From positions 3,715,600-3,779,599 of the forward strand of contig CAJINV010000003.1 of assembly GCA_905178155.1 (NCBI GenBank): 64,000 nt of DNA. The letters are read 5' to 3'. The stretch is from Amoebophrya sp. A120. Its lineage: Eukaryota > Protista > Dinoflagellata. The first letter of the stretch is position 1, and each line of letters opens with the position of its first letter. The notes beneath the pieces were generated by a model. That model was not told where the DNA came from and made no database searches. It saw only the letters and a list, made by a program, of their open reading frames with translations. Positions 48,901-62,435 of this stretch are shown here, piece by piece. A program made the position numbers and the translations under genes.

Positions 48901-50168
48901 TTCGAACATGACGAGTTGGAGCATGGCGGATATCCTGCCCCTGATTCACCACAACCGCGAAGCGATGCAGCGAGTGAGCGTCTGAAATGTCACGAGCCTT
49001 CTACACTCCCTGTATTGCCGTTGAGGCGAGAGCGCGGTTTGATCCAAATTTGTTTTCAACATTTCGTAGGCGTTGTTTGGTGAGTTAATTGCTGCATTGC
49101 ACATGTAGAATCATTGTGAAAAAGCATGTCCCCGGGGCCGCCGCGATGAGATCATCGTCGTATTTTCTCTTCATGGTTTTGTGATTTCGATGCGTGGTGC
49201 GAATCGATCTAAAATAAATGTACGGATCGACGAGCTAGTTCTCGGGCGTTGCGATTTTACTGCTTGGCTTTTGTCGATTTCCGTGCAGCGAAGCAACGAT
49301 TGCTGGATCAAAAAAGAACGCGCGCACATATCTGACCGCAAAGGATTTCTTTGCGCGCCCAGTGATCTTCTCGAAGAGGCGGCGCTGGCGTTTACGCGTG
49401 GCAGCTCCACGAGCTTCTATTGAGTGACTTGGTTCACAACTTTCAATTCCAGCTAGCTGAATTGGTTCACGGTAAACTAGGTTGGAGGTTTAGGTTGTTG
49501 TGTCTGGTTAATCTTTTGGCTCCGGCAAGCAGTAATAGTAGCATCGGGTACGACAGTTGTAGAGCATTCTACTCTCCGTAAGACCACCAGAACGGGTATA
49601 CTGCGGCACTACACCGACTCGATGTCAGTATTCAGCACACCCCGATAGAAAGGCCTGTACCCGAAAAAAGGTCATTTTGTAAAGACGCTGACTGGCGGGC
49701 CGTTCGTATCTATTAGACTTTCATCTTCACACCAAAACAATAAAACTCGGCCGCAGCGGCTCTTATGAACGTGTGCAGGAGAGGTCTGATTAAGACAGAC
49801 CCGTTTCGGCGCCGCAATATCCGCACCCTTCCAGCTTCTCGCCTCGCTATCCGCTCGTAAGTAGACCTCCCGCAATAATTAGTTCTGTCGTGCGGTGCTC
49901 AGTTGTGGACTGGTTTTTCCGGAAGTAGTACGAGGGGGGGTACTGCGACTGCAAGCTCCCTCGGCCCATACCCGCGCTGCCGTAGGCGCCCCCCGCCATC
50001 TTCTTGGGCTCATCATTGCTGCTGGCCCGATCCTGACAAAACCTGCCTGCGGTCGTTCCCCAGTCGCATAAGGATTTTCTTGCGCGACAGAGCTATTCTT
50101 CCCGCACCGTAATCTTCGCAAAGCAAACACTGCAAAGCCTGCGGGGTACTAAAAGTTAAGTCGCGGCG

Positions 50169-53100
50169 ATGATTCCCATTGAAATGCAGTGCGGCGTTCT
50201 CGCAGCGGAGAGTGGGAAAGAAGAAATTTCGGCCGCGCGGGCTGATCCGCCCACGCTCCCGATGGCGGCCGCCGCCCCCAATGATCATTTTTCGCAAAAT
50301 AGTAGCAAAGAGGTGCAACTGTTATCTGCGGCCGAAACTGACGAAGGTACGACCCCGCCCTCCCTTGGTAGCTGCTCCGCAGAGACCGAAGGACATGTGC
50401 GCGGGCTTAGCGGGAACTTTCCTGGTGTTGAGCATTCAGGCCCGGGAGGAACAGGAGCATCAAACGCGTCTGCCGGTTCCGCTGCGGAATCAGTCCCTAC
50501 TCCCGCCAAACTCGCCGAACCACACCCGGGGCCGCCTCCGGCGGTAGCTCAGCAGCCGACTCAACCACAACAACCTCTCCTGCAGCTGGGCGCGCCCACT
50601 GCCGGCCAGCAACAGCCATCACTCCTGCACCTCCTGAACCCGCCTCCGGGCCAGCAACCGCCCCTTGGCCCGCCGACCGGAACTACACCTGGATTAATCG
50701 GACAGCAGCTTCCCGCACCAGTTGGACTGCCTGCCGGTACCCAGCAGCAAGTCGCAGCCCCAAATAGTACTAACCTCAGCAGCATCAATCCAGCAAACCT
50801 TTTCAACCAGCCCGGGCAACAACAGCAGCAGCCTCCGCTGCTGGGTTTCATCGCGCAACAACAGCAGCCCCAACTTCCACCTCAACTTGCACCGGCGCCA
50901 CTCGTTAACTTTCTCAACGGGGCCCCCAGTCCGCTACAACAGCCGGGCGGCCCGCCCAGCGCCGGCCCGCCGGGTGCAGCAGCAGTCACCGCGGCGGGGG
51001 TTTTGCCACCACAACTCCTGGGACAGCAACAAAACGCAGTAGTGCCAGCACCTATTGGCTCTTCTAGCGGGGCGGGACCACCTCCGCAACAAGCCGTTCC
51101 GAACGGGGTCCACCTCGTTGGGCAACAGCAACTAGTACCAGGAGCGCCGACCCTTCCCGCGCCAGGGAGCAACGGTGTAGTTGAGCAGACGGCCAGTACT
51201 AACGGAGTAGTTGTAGCTGCCCCCGTTGTTCCGCCAATGCAGAACCGAAACACGGATTATGGTATGTTCGCAGGAGGAGCGAATGCAGAGCAACCTTCGC
51301 GCGGAGGACAGGGAGGAGCAGGCGGTGGGGGAACCGGCGGTGGCGGTGGAGGGGGTGGTAGCGGAACCGGCGGTGGAAATAGCGGCTATTACAGCCAACC
51401 CAACACACCAGGCGGCTCCGCCAACAAAGGAGGTATAGTGAGCACTTTTGTCGTGTTGGTCAGCATTTATTTTTCCTAGAGAAATCTTGGCAACGAGGAC
51501 GGGGAATAAAGCGTTACACCATCGTGCATCTGTTTTCTCATCAACAGCGCTTTTTATGAGAAATGACATTGACAGTAGTGGAAAGTAGAGAACTGAAGAA
51601 GTAGTACTTCACAAACTAACAGGGCGATCAAAGGACGGGAAGGATGGCAAAGGTAAGGGCAAGGACAAGAACAGGGGAAAGAACAACAAGGGCAAAAACT
51701 GGGAAGACCGAGGGCAGCAGGTAAGTATGAAGGTTGATCGTATTCAACTTTGGTGAAAAAGAACTAAAAGTGCTTTTCACATAAGAAAAACATTCTCGTC
51801 GTCGAAGACTACTTAGTCTGATGTCACTTGTCCTATCACACATACAGCAATCACAAGGCAGCTGGTCGGGAGAACACAACTGGTCCCCGAGCGATGCGGA
51901 GCCACAACACCAGCAACAGCAGCAGCACCACCAGCAGCAACAGCAGAACCAATACTATCACGCACAGAATCAGTATAGTAGTTATCAAAACTGGAACCAC
52001 GATCCGCAGCAAAACATGCGGGGGAGCAATGTTTCGCATTCCAGCAACACGGTATAGAATTTTCCATGGTTTTTGTCAACCCTTGATCAAAGAACACAGC
52101 AGCCGGAGAAGGACAGCCTGCGTGCTTGTGACTTCACAGGAGTCGACCATTTTTTCCTTGATTTTGAAGTAAAGTAGTTTGCAAATACAAAACAGAGTTG
52201 GGAGGGCGGTGGCGGTAGTTGGGACACAGGCATGATGGCGCAGCAGCAGTGGGGCGGCTACGATGCGAACAACCGGTACGCATCCCCCGTCGACAGTAAT
52301 GCCGGACCCGGGTCCTACACGCCCGATGGAATGTGGGTGCCACCAGGATCATCTCTCCAAATGCCGTCGCCTGTTAGCAGTATTGCGTGTCAACTATTTG
52401 ATGTGTGTGTAATGACGTACTATTTCTTAAAATTCGCTTCCAGCATAAGTGAACAAAGACGCACCAGCTGCGGCGCGCAATAAATAAGACATTCCTACGA
52501 CAAAATAAACAGGCTTTAATCCAGCAGCGGCCGGTGACCTGAGGTGTCGTTATTACAGGAGAGTAAACGTCGGACCGTCACACACGCTCACCGCGGGCTG
52601 TTACCGCGGGCACGAGTGTCGTTTCGTCCACGATAATCCGGGAAGCGACGAGTCGTCAGTATTTTTATTGGCATAAGTTGCTCCTTGTTGACGACCTTCA
52701 ATGCCTCGTTTTTTTGCGCTTATGAAGAACCAACAGCAACAATTTTGTTTCCTTCCTGCTCGTGTTAACATCCACGCTAGTAAGCGGAAAATAACACAAA
52801 TATTAAACGTTTGAAGAAATAACGCTACTACAGGTATATGACCAGTTCATAAATAATCCGCTCGAGTTTGTGGCAAGCTGTAATTTACCCGCGAACAGTA
52901 TTAACGTTTTCGAGAATGACAACCAGCACCCAATCGGGGTGAAAAAGTTGTTCGAAAGTAAACTCGGCCCCGACGGAAAGCAGATCGTGACGGTAGACGA
53001 AACCGCCAAGAAGCCGCAGCCGAACAGAGTGAACTCCTCCGAATCAGGAACGGACGGTATCTGATTATGATTTTACATCGCAACGAAAATAAACATTTTC

Positions 53101-54862
53101 ATCACCCGTTCGGATCGGTCTCGGTGTCATCCATGCATGAATCAATTAAAAGAGTGGTGGTCACAAGAACTACAAAGCGGAACAAATAACTTTGAGTCGA
53201 CTCTCACGGAGGCTGGTTGCGCGTAGGCGACATCATGCCGGGGTTCGAAGCTACTTCTACAACGACACACTGTACAAACAGGTACAAAAACCACCGCGGA
53301 CGGCGAGCCCAAACCCGAAGAGCAGCGCGAGCTTCGCGTCGACGAGCGCGGGGTGATGATGTTTATGCAAAAACCCACGAACGCACCTAATATGATACCG
53401 GGATATCAACTGCAAATGCTGTGTCTGGGTCGGGGAGGCTGCAGAAGTTTGTCGTGCACCTTTTTCATACTTCATCAGCCCGGGAATTTGGGGCTTAGCA
53501 ACACAGAGTCGTGCCAGTTCTTTCTTATGCGTGTCGTGGATACAAATCGTCCTTGAATAAAATCAATAAACTTGACCGAAGGCGGGCATATTTTAATAGT
53601 CACGCAAGACCACGGATGTTTGCGTGAACCAGACAAAGGACAATCAGAAATTGCAACGCTCTGTCAGACTCAGACCCAGACATCATATTTCCAATGCATA
53701 CCCGACCTGGTAGAGCCATATCAATATTTGACTTTTTTCTTCGTATACTGTTACTCGATGTTGACAAATGTATAAAGCTGGTTCTTCATCGAGACCTTGC
53801 ATGTCAAGCCTCCAATGTTTTTGCAGGGCCTTCGCCTATGAATCAGATGCCGGGCGGTGGCATGATGGGGCCCCCCGGGGGCATGCAGCCACACCAAATG
53901 CAGCAACAGCCGATGAACACCAGTCCCTTCGCAGCACCCCAGCAGCAGCCGGGGCATAATATGATGAATCCCCTACTGGGCATGAACATGATGGCGAAGG
54001 GCGGGCCCAATCAGCATCCGCAGATGCAATTGCCACCGCAGATGCAGCCGGGCGGGCCGCAGATGCAGAACAACCCCGCGATGCTGGGGCTGAATCCTTT
54101 GGGAAACAATCCGAACCTGCTCCCGGGCGGGATGCCCGGGGGCGTCCTTCCGCAGCAGGGTGGACTACCGCCCGGAGCGGCAGGCAACAATCCGCTTCTC
54201 CAGATGCTGAACAATTCCGGAGGGGGAAATCAGCAGCCACTGCCGATGATGGGCAATCCCATGATGGCGGGCGGACCGCAGCCGCCAAGCCCAGGCATGC
54301 CGCAGCAGCAGCTCCAGCCGCAAGGACTTCTGCCACTGGGAGCAGGTCCCCAAGGCGCACAGCCCATGATGAACAACATGCAGGGACTGATGCCGATGAA
54401 GGGAAATGCGGCGGCCGCGCAGCCCCCGGGAAGTCCGAATCGCGGGCAGCAACAACATCCCGCGCAACTCATGCCACTACCCCCGCAACAACCCGGCGGG
54501 GGCGGACCCCTGCAGCAGCAGCCGGGTAGTAACACGCTGCAACCGCTTCCCATGAACAACAATAATCCGATTGCCAACTTGCTGCAGCAGGGGCAACAAC
54601 AAGGGCTCCAGCCGCCCCCGGTCCCCCCAACCGGTGGGACCCCGGGTCCGCAGCCCGGCCAAACCCCCGGAGGTACTTAGACTGTTTCTGAGCTTTCTTC
54701 TGAATGACCTGGGTTCTTTGACAACTGTTTGATGGTCTTCTCTTCGCCGCAAAAAATTCTAGAATCAAATATGATTCATTTTCAAGATTCGCGATTCGCA
54801 TCTGTTGTATAATATAAGGTGGAGGTGGACCTCCAAGCGGTGACAACAGGAAGGGCACGTGA
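50169..54862 (+). CDS. Pro/Gln/Gly-rich multi-exon protein with one CCCH zinc finger
   Basis: Low-complexity ORFs 50169..51479 and 53694..54680 plus small GT-AG exons. C-x17-C-x5-C-x3-H at 52545-52631. Last exon ends with TGA at 54860-54862. Start codon uncertain. Confidence 0.7.
53404..53700. mobile_element. Degenerate family-A-related introner, copy A9 (297 bp)
   Basis: TATCAACTGCAAATGCTGTGTCTGGGTC ... GACCCAGACATCATATTTCCAATGCATA. Flanks CGGGA/CCCGA (3 of 5). Removing the element plus 5 bp restores the frame (NMIPG-PG..). Confidence 0.75.
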
Positions 54863-56542
54863 GCAATGGTCTCTTTCCGGCGCGGGAAAAATAAGAGAGC
54901 CGCGAGCTACGGGGAGAAGAGGCAAGACGGTTTTAGAAACTACAGAAAATACTTTACTAGTTGCGGTGTTGTAACCAAGCACTCGTTGTAGCACCACAGT
55001 TTTCAACTCCAGTAGGTGGAGCTTTTTCAGGCAGGAAAATAAACTATTGTTGATATGTACTCGGGGAAAAACCCTAAACAGGAAAATAGACATTATCTCA
55101 CTCAGACAGATCGCATCTGAATTCATCTTTACAGTAAGCTTCAGAAATTTGCTTCTCGCATTTCCTACATCGTTTTTACATCAATCGATTGGTTGAAGGC
55201 TATTTTTTAGTATCGGGTAGTTGTTCGAAACCCTAATTAACAGAAAAAAAATCCAAATCAGAAAATCAAAAAATTTTGAGATATTTGCATCAGCTGAGAC
55301 TATCGCTACTCTATTTGTCTTTAATATTAGTAGTCCAAATAATAGACGCAAGTAGCCGACGCGTACAGTAGTATATTCCTCCAGAAACAGAAAAGACCCA
55401 ATTACTTACCCGTCTTTGTTAGTTATCAGCACAGCGGTGGTGCTACGTGAGATGGTACCACGCAAGGATGACTCATCCGTATCTACTTTTACTAGTTTAG
55501 TGTAACCCCTATGTTTCAACGTTGAGAGGCGACGGACTTGTTTTTCAAGTATTCTAGCCGCCGGAGGCACTTTTTGGTTTTTCTCTTTCGAATGAATATG
55601 TGACGAAAAAAAATAAATAACTACATACAACAACCGCGCCCGATAAATATTAATACACTGTACGCCTAAAAAAAGTCAGCTGCTCTTCCGGTCTGCTCAT
55701 CCGAGAAGTATTCAACCCCTTTTGACTGGTGGTTTGATAGGTTTGATCTTGAGCGGCCAAGAGAACGTGAGCTGCAGCGCGGTCGTTGTACTGCTTCGCG
55801 CCGTCTTTTTATGCGTTTTTTTACTACGTATTCGAATTTCGATATCCACTACTAAAATCTACATCAGAATGACTCTATGTACTAGAATATACGATGAAGA
55901 TCGAAATGCTGGCACGTAAACACTAAATACAAAATAATGAATCCCAGTCCAACTACTACAACCTACGTTGGAACCAAGACGTGAAATAAAAACCAAGTGG
56001 AGCCGGTCCAGTTGGCACAGGCCGATGTCTGGCTGAGAGCAGGACGAGGTCCACCCTCCGCCACCGTTTCTTCTTCTGTGGTGATTACACAGCTGTTTCT
56101 GACACAGAGCAAGCAGCTTAGTAAGAAAGAGAAGCTCTAGGTGAGCGGAGGCAGAGAAAGAGACCGGCAATAATTTGTCGAGGTGGTTGCGCAACTGCTT
56201 GATGTTTGGAAAGAAATATATAAGTTGTAGTTTTTTGACAAATTAAAATTATCCTTGCGTTTTGATCAGTAGGAGCCATTGTGGTGCCAATCGTTACTTA
56301 TGTCATTCTCGCATTTCTTGCACTGCAACTCTTGTAGAAATAATGCCATGTATATGTACAACAATGCCGCAAAAACTGCACGCAGACTCATGTGACCTCC
56401 ACCGTGGCGCACGATTTCGCAGTACGACGCTGCAGCGCTATCATCCTCAAAAATTAGCGGAAAAATACTGCCAGCAGGTGCGCCCGCGCGGTTCTGACGA
56501 CGATCGGCAACTTATATATTACGCACCGGCGCGACTGCAGCC

Positions 56543-59500
56543 ATGAACAATCGAAAGTCCTGGTCGGCGAAATGCGGTGGAGCACTCTGCGAGGCCGTGT
56601 CGTGCGAGATCTTGAAATTGGTGCTGCAGAGTGACCAGCAGCAGCGTGACGCGAGCGCGGCTGCGGGTGTTCCGACGGCGAGCAGCTGTCCCGCGGTCCT
56701 GCGGTGTGTGGTGCGGCACTTTCCGGACTTCGTCTCGACGTGGCTGGGCCGCCCGAATTCCGGCGTGCGGGTCGCAGCCAAGGAGGCGTCAGCGGAAGGA
56801 ATCCAGCACTTCTGCCGGTACGTGTGCACGACGCTGGTGCTGCAGCCCGATGTGCTACTGAATGTCTGGATCTTGCTCCAAAGGTACTGCGCGCAGCGGG
56901 CGCTTTTGCTCTCCTCCGGCGGCGCGAGGAGCCCGGGCGGGGGCGGGACAGCAAAGCCGAGTACTTCGGCGCGGTATCATGGAAAGACCGACAATATTCA
57001 AGGAAAACATCATGATGACCGCACGAATAAAATACCAAACAGCAGTGCTGCTCTCGCCTTGGGGAAAGAGTCCTGGCCACTGCTGCTAATCGCCGCTGTG
57101 ATGAGCGCGCTACCCGCGTACGAGGACCACGGACCCTCGCTGTACGAGTACAGTGTCGCGGTCAAGGAGTGGCCCGGGTTTTCAGAGCACTATGGGTTGC
57201 GTCTGAAGAAAAAAAGCACGAGCACTTGCTCCGCTGGAGCTGCGCCGCCTTCGTTACTTCACAAACAGGACCAAGTACGACGACAACCTCCCGCGTGCTT
57301 TGGGTGCGAGACCGCAGAGGCCGTGTTGGTACGGGTCTTCTTCAACCACCCGGCGCTGTTGCAACGGAAGCTGTTTAGCCGCAAGAACCTGTTGCACGCG
57401 CAACTGCATTTTCTCGAGGTGGTTCAGTATCGCGTGTTCGTTCACCCCGACGTCTGGACGACGCAGTATGAAAAGTTGCTCCAGGTTGTACAGACTGGCG
57501 ACAAAATGCAAAACAAAGACAGCATCGACCTTTTACCTGAGCATGATGACAAGCTGTCGACCTTCTCCGATGAAGATCGCGAAAACGACAACAACTACGA
57601 TGTACGGCTCGCACCTGTTGGGAGTCCTCTGCGCAGGAGCGTGCAGATAAAACCCCCAGAACCCGCGGAATTGCGCGAAACGCGCTTAGAAATGTGGGCA
57701 ACGTCTCGGGAGGATGACAGCAACTGCGTCCTCGGCGTAAACACTTGTGAGGAAAATAGGCACAGAGCGAATGCTGGCTCGGGTCGTTTGCAGACAACGC
57801 GCTGGAGCCACGAGCACGCCGGTAGGGTCTCCGCCGGAACTGCACTCGCGTCGCCGCAGAGCGGATACGACTTGTTGCGGTCAACATCTGGGAATAGAGG
57901 AAGGCGGAGCACAAAACAGGGAGAAATTTTCGCTGACGGCGCCAACGTAGAAGTACCAAACGGATTGATAGCAGGACAACTTTCCCGCCCGGAGGACATG
58001 TTTGTGACTGCTCACGATGTTGAAGACACCGACGTGGTGCCACCAGCGGTTGTTGCAGATCATGACCTACACCAGCAGACAGCAGCACTGTGGAACCGAG
58101 AGAGCTATGAACTGCAAAAGTATCGTACTAGTGTAAATTGCAATACAAATTTCCTTAGCATGAGAAATGGAATTTGTCATGCGGATTTGCCTTGATAAAA
58201 CGATTTGTAATGCAAGACTTGCATCCATACGAGTACGATACTTTTGCAATTGATAGGAGCCGCGGTTTTCTGGATCCCGACATTTTCTCCTCCAGCGGAG
58301 GAGACATCAGCGACGACGACGCTATCGTGAGGAAAAATCCCCCTTCCCCATATCAACAAGGTATATTTTTGGAAATGTGTGATGCTGATTTGTGGTCACA
58401 AACCGTGTCTGTCTTGCAAGAAGGCAACTGCGCAGACAGCCGCCGCATTGTGCAGGCGGTTTGCCATGCTGTTGGGCCTACAGCGCGGAGGTTTATCATG
58501 CTAAGCGCCTAGGCCAAAACCTCTCTACTCACGCTTCGTATGGGCCTGCAAAGCCCTCCAGCAAGACAGCTCGGATTTGTGTACAGAAGTCCAGCATCAG
58601 AAGTTTTGTTTTGATATGGGGAGGGGGGATTTTTCCTCACAATAGACGCGAATGGCTGTTTGGCAGGTCCTCCCATTCACAACCAGCGTCCCGCATCTCC
58701 AGTGTCTTCGCGGTGTCGTCGTCGCGCGTCAGCTACGTCGAGGGCGGGTGTCGGGGCGGCGGGCCGCCTTTCGAGTGGTTTGAGAAAAGTCAAGAGTACG
58801 ACCAGCGGAGCAGGTGGACGAGGGCTCATCAAACCGTCTCCCAGTTCGCCATCGCAGAAAATACTTGTGCCGGAGCAAGATCGCGGCTCAACATTGCTGG
58901 GCCCCCTTGCAGGAGCTGCGCGTCTGTCTAGCGGGATGAAAACAACTTCTGGGGTATTGTGAGGAAAAATCCCCCCTCCCCATATTCAGAACGTAGCCTT
59001 CTGAAAATTTGTGATGCAGATTTGTGATCCCAAATCCTCTTTGTCTTGCAAGGATGCAAATCCAGAGAGTCCGCCGCGTTGTAGAGGCGATTTGTAATGC
59101 TGTAAGACCTACGGGGCAGTTGTCTGCCATGCTAAGCGCCTACACCAGAAGACCCCTACCCAGGCTTAGCATCTTCGTGCAGTGTTCTACTGCAAGACAG
59201 ATCCAATTTGTGTACACAAATCCCGCACCACAGATTTTCGTTTCGATATGGGGAGGGGGGATTTTTGATGTTGATATGGGGCGAGAAACACTCATCGGAG
59301 TTCCACCACCGCCCTCGCGATCGAGAGCAACAACTTGAATCTATCCTGTGTAAAAACGTCCCCACACCAGAGTCAAGATGGGGATTTTGCAACACAAACC
59401 TGGAAGTTTTGGGACTCATGCATCACAAGTTCCAGTCCGTAGTGTAGTGCAGGTCAGCAATGGCAAACGCATCAGAAATCCATCTGCTTATCCTGGTTAC

Positions 59501-60329
59501 AGCATTACAAATGCCAAAACACGACTACAAATTCCTCTCATGGGGATGCCCATTACAAATGTTCCTGTCATTGCAAATCTGCATGACAACTCTGGGGTGG
59601 GGACGTTTTTACAAATGATAGAATCGGGTCAGCGACCAAGTTCCCAGCCTTCCCAGTGCCTCGCGCTTCTTTCGGCGGAGTCGGAGCGACCACAACTGCA
59701 GTTACAACAGCGCCGCGTCCTTGCAGCTGGCGCGGCAGCGCAGCGGAAAAGTGCATCCGCTGCTCGCGGCCAAGGAGGGCAGCCGCGAGATGTCCCAACG
59801 CAGTCTGGTGTCTTTGTGGCGCGAGAAAGCCTCCATGCCCATGTTTGTAAACGAGGACCCCGCGGAGGAGCCGGAAGGTGTGCTGTCGCAGCAGCGACTC
59901 CAGCAAATCCGGCAATCGCTAGAGGACCTGGACCGCGCGCTCGGCCGCAAGAATTCCCATTCCGTGGACGAAATGAGCGTTCGGCAGAGTGAGGAACTCT
60001 CTCGGCGGCTGTTCGAAAACAGTTGCGCGACCGGCGGTGGCGGGGCTTGCATTACTACATCAAAGGGAACCAAGACAAATCATACCACACTCGCGGAGTG
60101 CCGCACCACCGCCGGCACGATGAGCTACCGGGCCAGTTTGTTGGCAAATAGTACGACTTCCGAAAGTTGTAGTAGTACTCTGCGGGAATCAACAGCGCTG
60201 CCGATGTTCTTTTCGGCAAACAACAACTTCATAGCATCTCGGAGCGCGTCGAATTTCATGCTGGTCGGATCGAAGGTCTCATTGGGTACCGAAAACGCAG
60301 ACCCTGAGACGGACGAAACGGAGCACTAG
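56543..60329 (+). CDS. Divergent cyclin-box protein (cyclin Y/P/Pho80-like N-terminal half, disordered C-terminus), ~897 aa after removing four introners
   Basis: IQHFCRYVCTTLVLQPDVLLNVWILLQRY..WPLLLIAAVMSA..NLLHAQLHFLEVVQYRVFVHP resembles a cyclin N domain. ORFs 56543, 58174, 58660 and 59721 join into one frame (3787-1093=2694 nt). Confidence 0.7.
58106..58255. mobile_element. Introner family E (150 bp)
   Basis: TATGAACTGCAAAAGTATCGTACT / AGTACGATACTTTTGCAATTGATA. TSD AGAGC/GGAGC (4 of 5). Confidence 0.9.
58323..58644. mobile_element. Introner family D, copy D2 (322 bp)
   Basis: TATCGTGAGGAAAAATCCCCCTTCCCCATATCAA / TTGATATGGGGAGGGGGGATTTTTCCTCACAATA. TSD GACGC. Confidence 0.95.
58955..59276. 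mobile_element. Introner family D, copy D3 (322 bp)
   Basis: TATTGTGAGGAAAAATCCCCCCTCCCCATAT / ATATGGGGAGGGGGGATTTTTGATGTTGATA. TSD TGGGG. Confidence 0.94.
59342..59620. mobile_element. Introner family F, copy F2 (279 bp)
   Basis: TATCCTGTGTAAAAACGTCCCCACACCAGAGT / ACTCTGGGGTGGGGACGTTTTTACAAATGATA. TSD GAATC. Confidence 0.95.
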
Positions 60330-61397
60330 CTGCGGAAGAATGTTGTCGCTGAGAAAGTTCTTTCATCTTTTCGCAGCGGCGCCGGGGATAGAAGAGACAC
60401 CTGTGTACAGCCAGGTGCAGCTGATATTATTTCCATGAACGACGGTGGACCTAGGGCCCAAAAATGCAAGTTAACAACCCCGCCTACACTATCTCTTTCT
60501 TAAGAACTGCAAAAGTATAAACAACATGGAATCTATAGCTTTTCTCGGTGCAAAACTAAAGGTTTTTGGTTTTTTACTCTTTTCTGTTTCTTAAGGATAG
60601 AAATGGAACCAGAAGATGTACGAGATTGTATGAAATAGAAAGAAAGAGCCTACTTTTAGCATGAATCGAGCATAGTTGTGCCTCTTTGGACATCATCATG
60701 AAGAGAAGAATCATTGGAACAAGCGACACGCCTATCTCTACAGAGCCAAAATACATCGAACGCTACTGAACCCTCGCCAAGTCTAGAGACTTTTCAGATT
60801 TCGCTATAGGAGGTCTGTAGTCTGGGTCTCCCGCAAGATCTTGATCACTGCATTTTTTGTGATAGTTTCAGTGAAGAACTAATATCGCGATGATCCTATT
60901 TTGAGATAGGTCGATCCGACATCAGATCTCATAGACGTACGAACGGAAGGTCATACACGATCGCTTTACCATTTTCTTTTTCCGATCATGGGCCGTAAGT
61001 CTTCCAAACTGTAAAGGCCTTTTCTATTATCTTCGCAATGCTTTCACTCTACACAGCGACGCAGGTGGGTAGAGCGAAACTATAGAGATCACTACCGACG
61101 AACATTTTTTGACTTGTATCAATCAGTTTTGGCGACACATTTCTTCACGCTAGCAATAAGGTGTATAGTGATAACCTTTTGCTTTGATTTGGCGACAAGC
61201 ACATGTGCTATACCGAGCAATCCTGCAGCTGCGCCAGTTTACCATATCAGTCCGTGGCGTAGTCTTTAACTCCAAGCGCGAACCGCGATCGCAGGTTCTC
61301 GCCAATAGCAGCTTGGTGTGACGAGCAAGGGCAAGACGCTCCTTTGGAAAAGTTCGTGGAACAACATCAGCCCCTAGGGCCAAGACTAACCGTCGCA

Positions 61398-62093
61398 ATG
61401 TTGCCTTCGAACCTCCTGCAGACGGCCTTGAACCACCAGGTCATGCTGGAGTTGAAGTCAGGGGAAACCTATTCGGGACTACTCGTAAAAGTGGACAACT
61501 TCATGAACGCACAGGTACTACGTTTTTGGGTGCGTTGCCTTCTTTTTTTCCTTGGAAGTAGAAGAAACCACGAGGACCCGTAAAGAAACTAGTTGAGGAC
61601 GAGTCCCTTCCTGCTGTACGGGTTATAATTTCATCGGATGTTCGACAATATTTCTTTGTTTATTTTTCCATTTTCATTTTGATTTTCTACAGGTCAGAGA
61701 CGCAATATGCGTGGATGCGCACACGGAAAAATTCTGCAGAGTAGCGGACGTCTACATAAGAGGCAACAGCATAAAGTACCTGCGATTACCGGAGGAAGTT
61801 GCCGATATGGTATAGTTGTTGGTTTACTGTTTTTGTTATCGGCTATAATCCGAAGGATTGTCGTCCTACTTGATCGCGATATTTTGAAATTTACTTTTCG
61901 TGGCCATCTACGAACTGTCTAATTACAGGTAAAGCCCGAGGATGCCCCCGTTAAGGGCGCGGCACACATGGGCAAGAAAGGAAAAGGCAAGAAGAAGGGC
62001 GAAGCAGCAGGTCCACAAGGGAGAGGGAGGCCTGCAGAGCGATCTGAGAGACCAAAGGAAGGACGACCCGCAAAGAAACAAAAACAAGGCTGA
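61398..62093 (+). CDS. LSM4: U6 snRNA-associated Sm-like protein LSm4 (exons 61398-61514, 61693-61809, 61929-62093; 132 aa)
   Basis: MLPSNLLQTALNHQVMLELKSGETYSGLLVKVDNFMN..VYIRGNSIKYLRLPEEV, a basic tail, and two GT-AG introns. Confidence 0.88.
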
Positions 62094-62435
62094 TGATACC
62101 CTTTTGTCACAGACGGATACTAGTAATCAAATCCGTTTTTTTTCACCCGCACACGTGAAGATGAGTAAAAATGTAAAAGCGAAACAGAAATAAAAACGCA
62201 CTCGAGCTGCAAAGTGGCTGTCCCATAACAGCTCCTACCGGAAGCTGCTTCGGTTGATCCGTGATGGTGTTCAGCTTCTCCGTAGTTTTGTTTTAGTTGT
62301 CCGTCGTGAATTTACGACGAAGACAAACCGCGCCATCTCAAGTACAAATGTTGTCTGTACCAGATATCGAGCTCGTCACAATGTGGAGCCCTCGTATGTA
62401 GAGGCGATTTTGTTTTGATCTTCGATCGAGGAATC

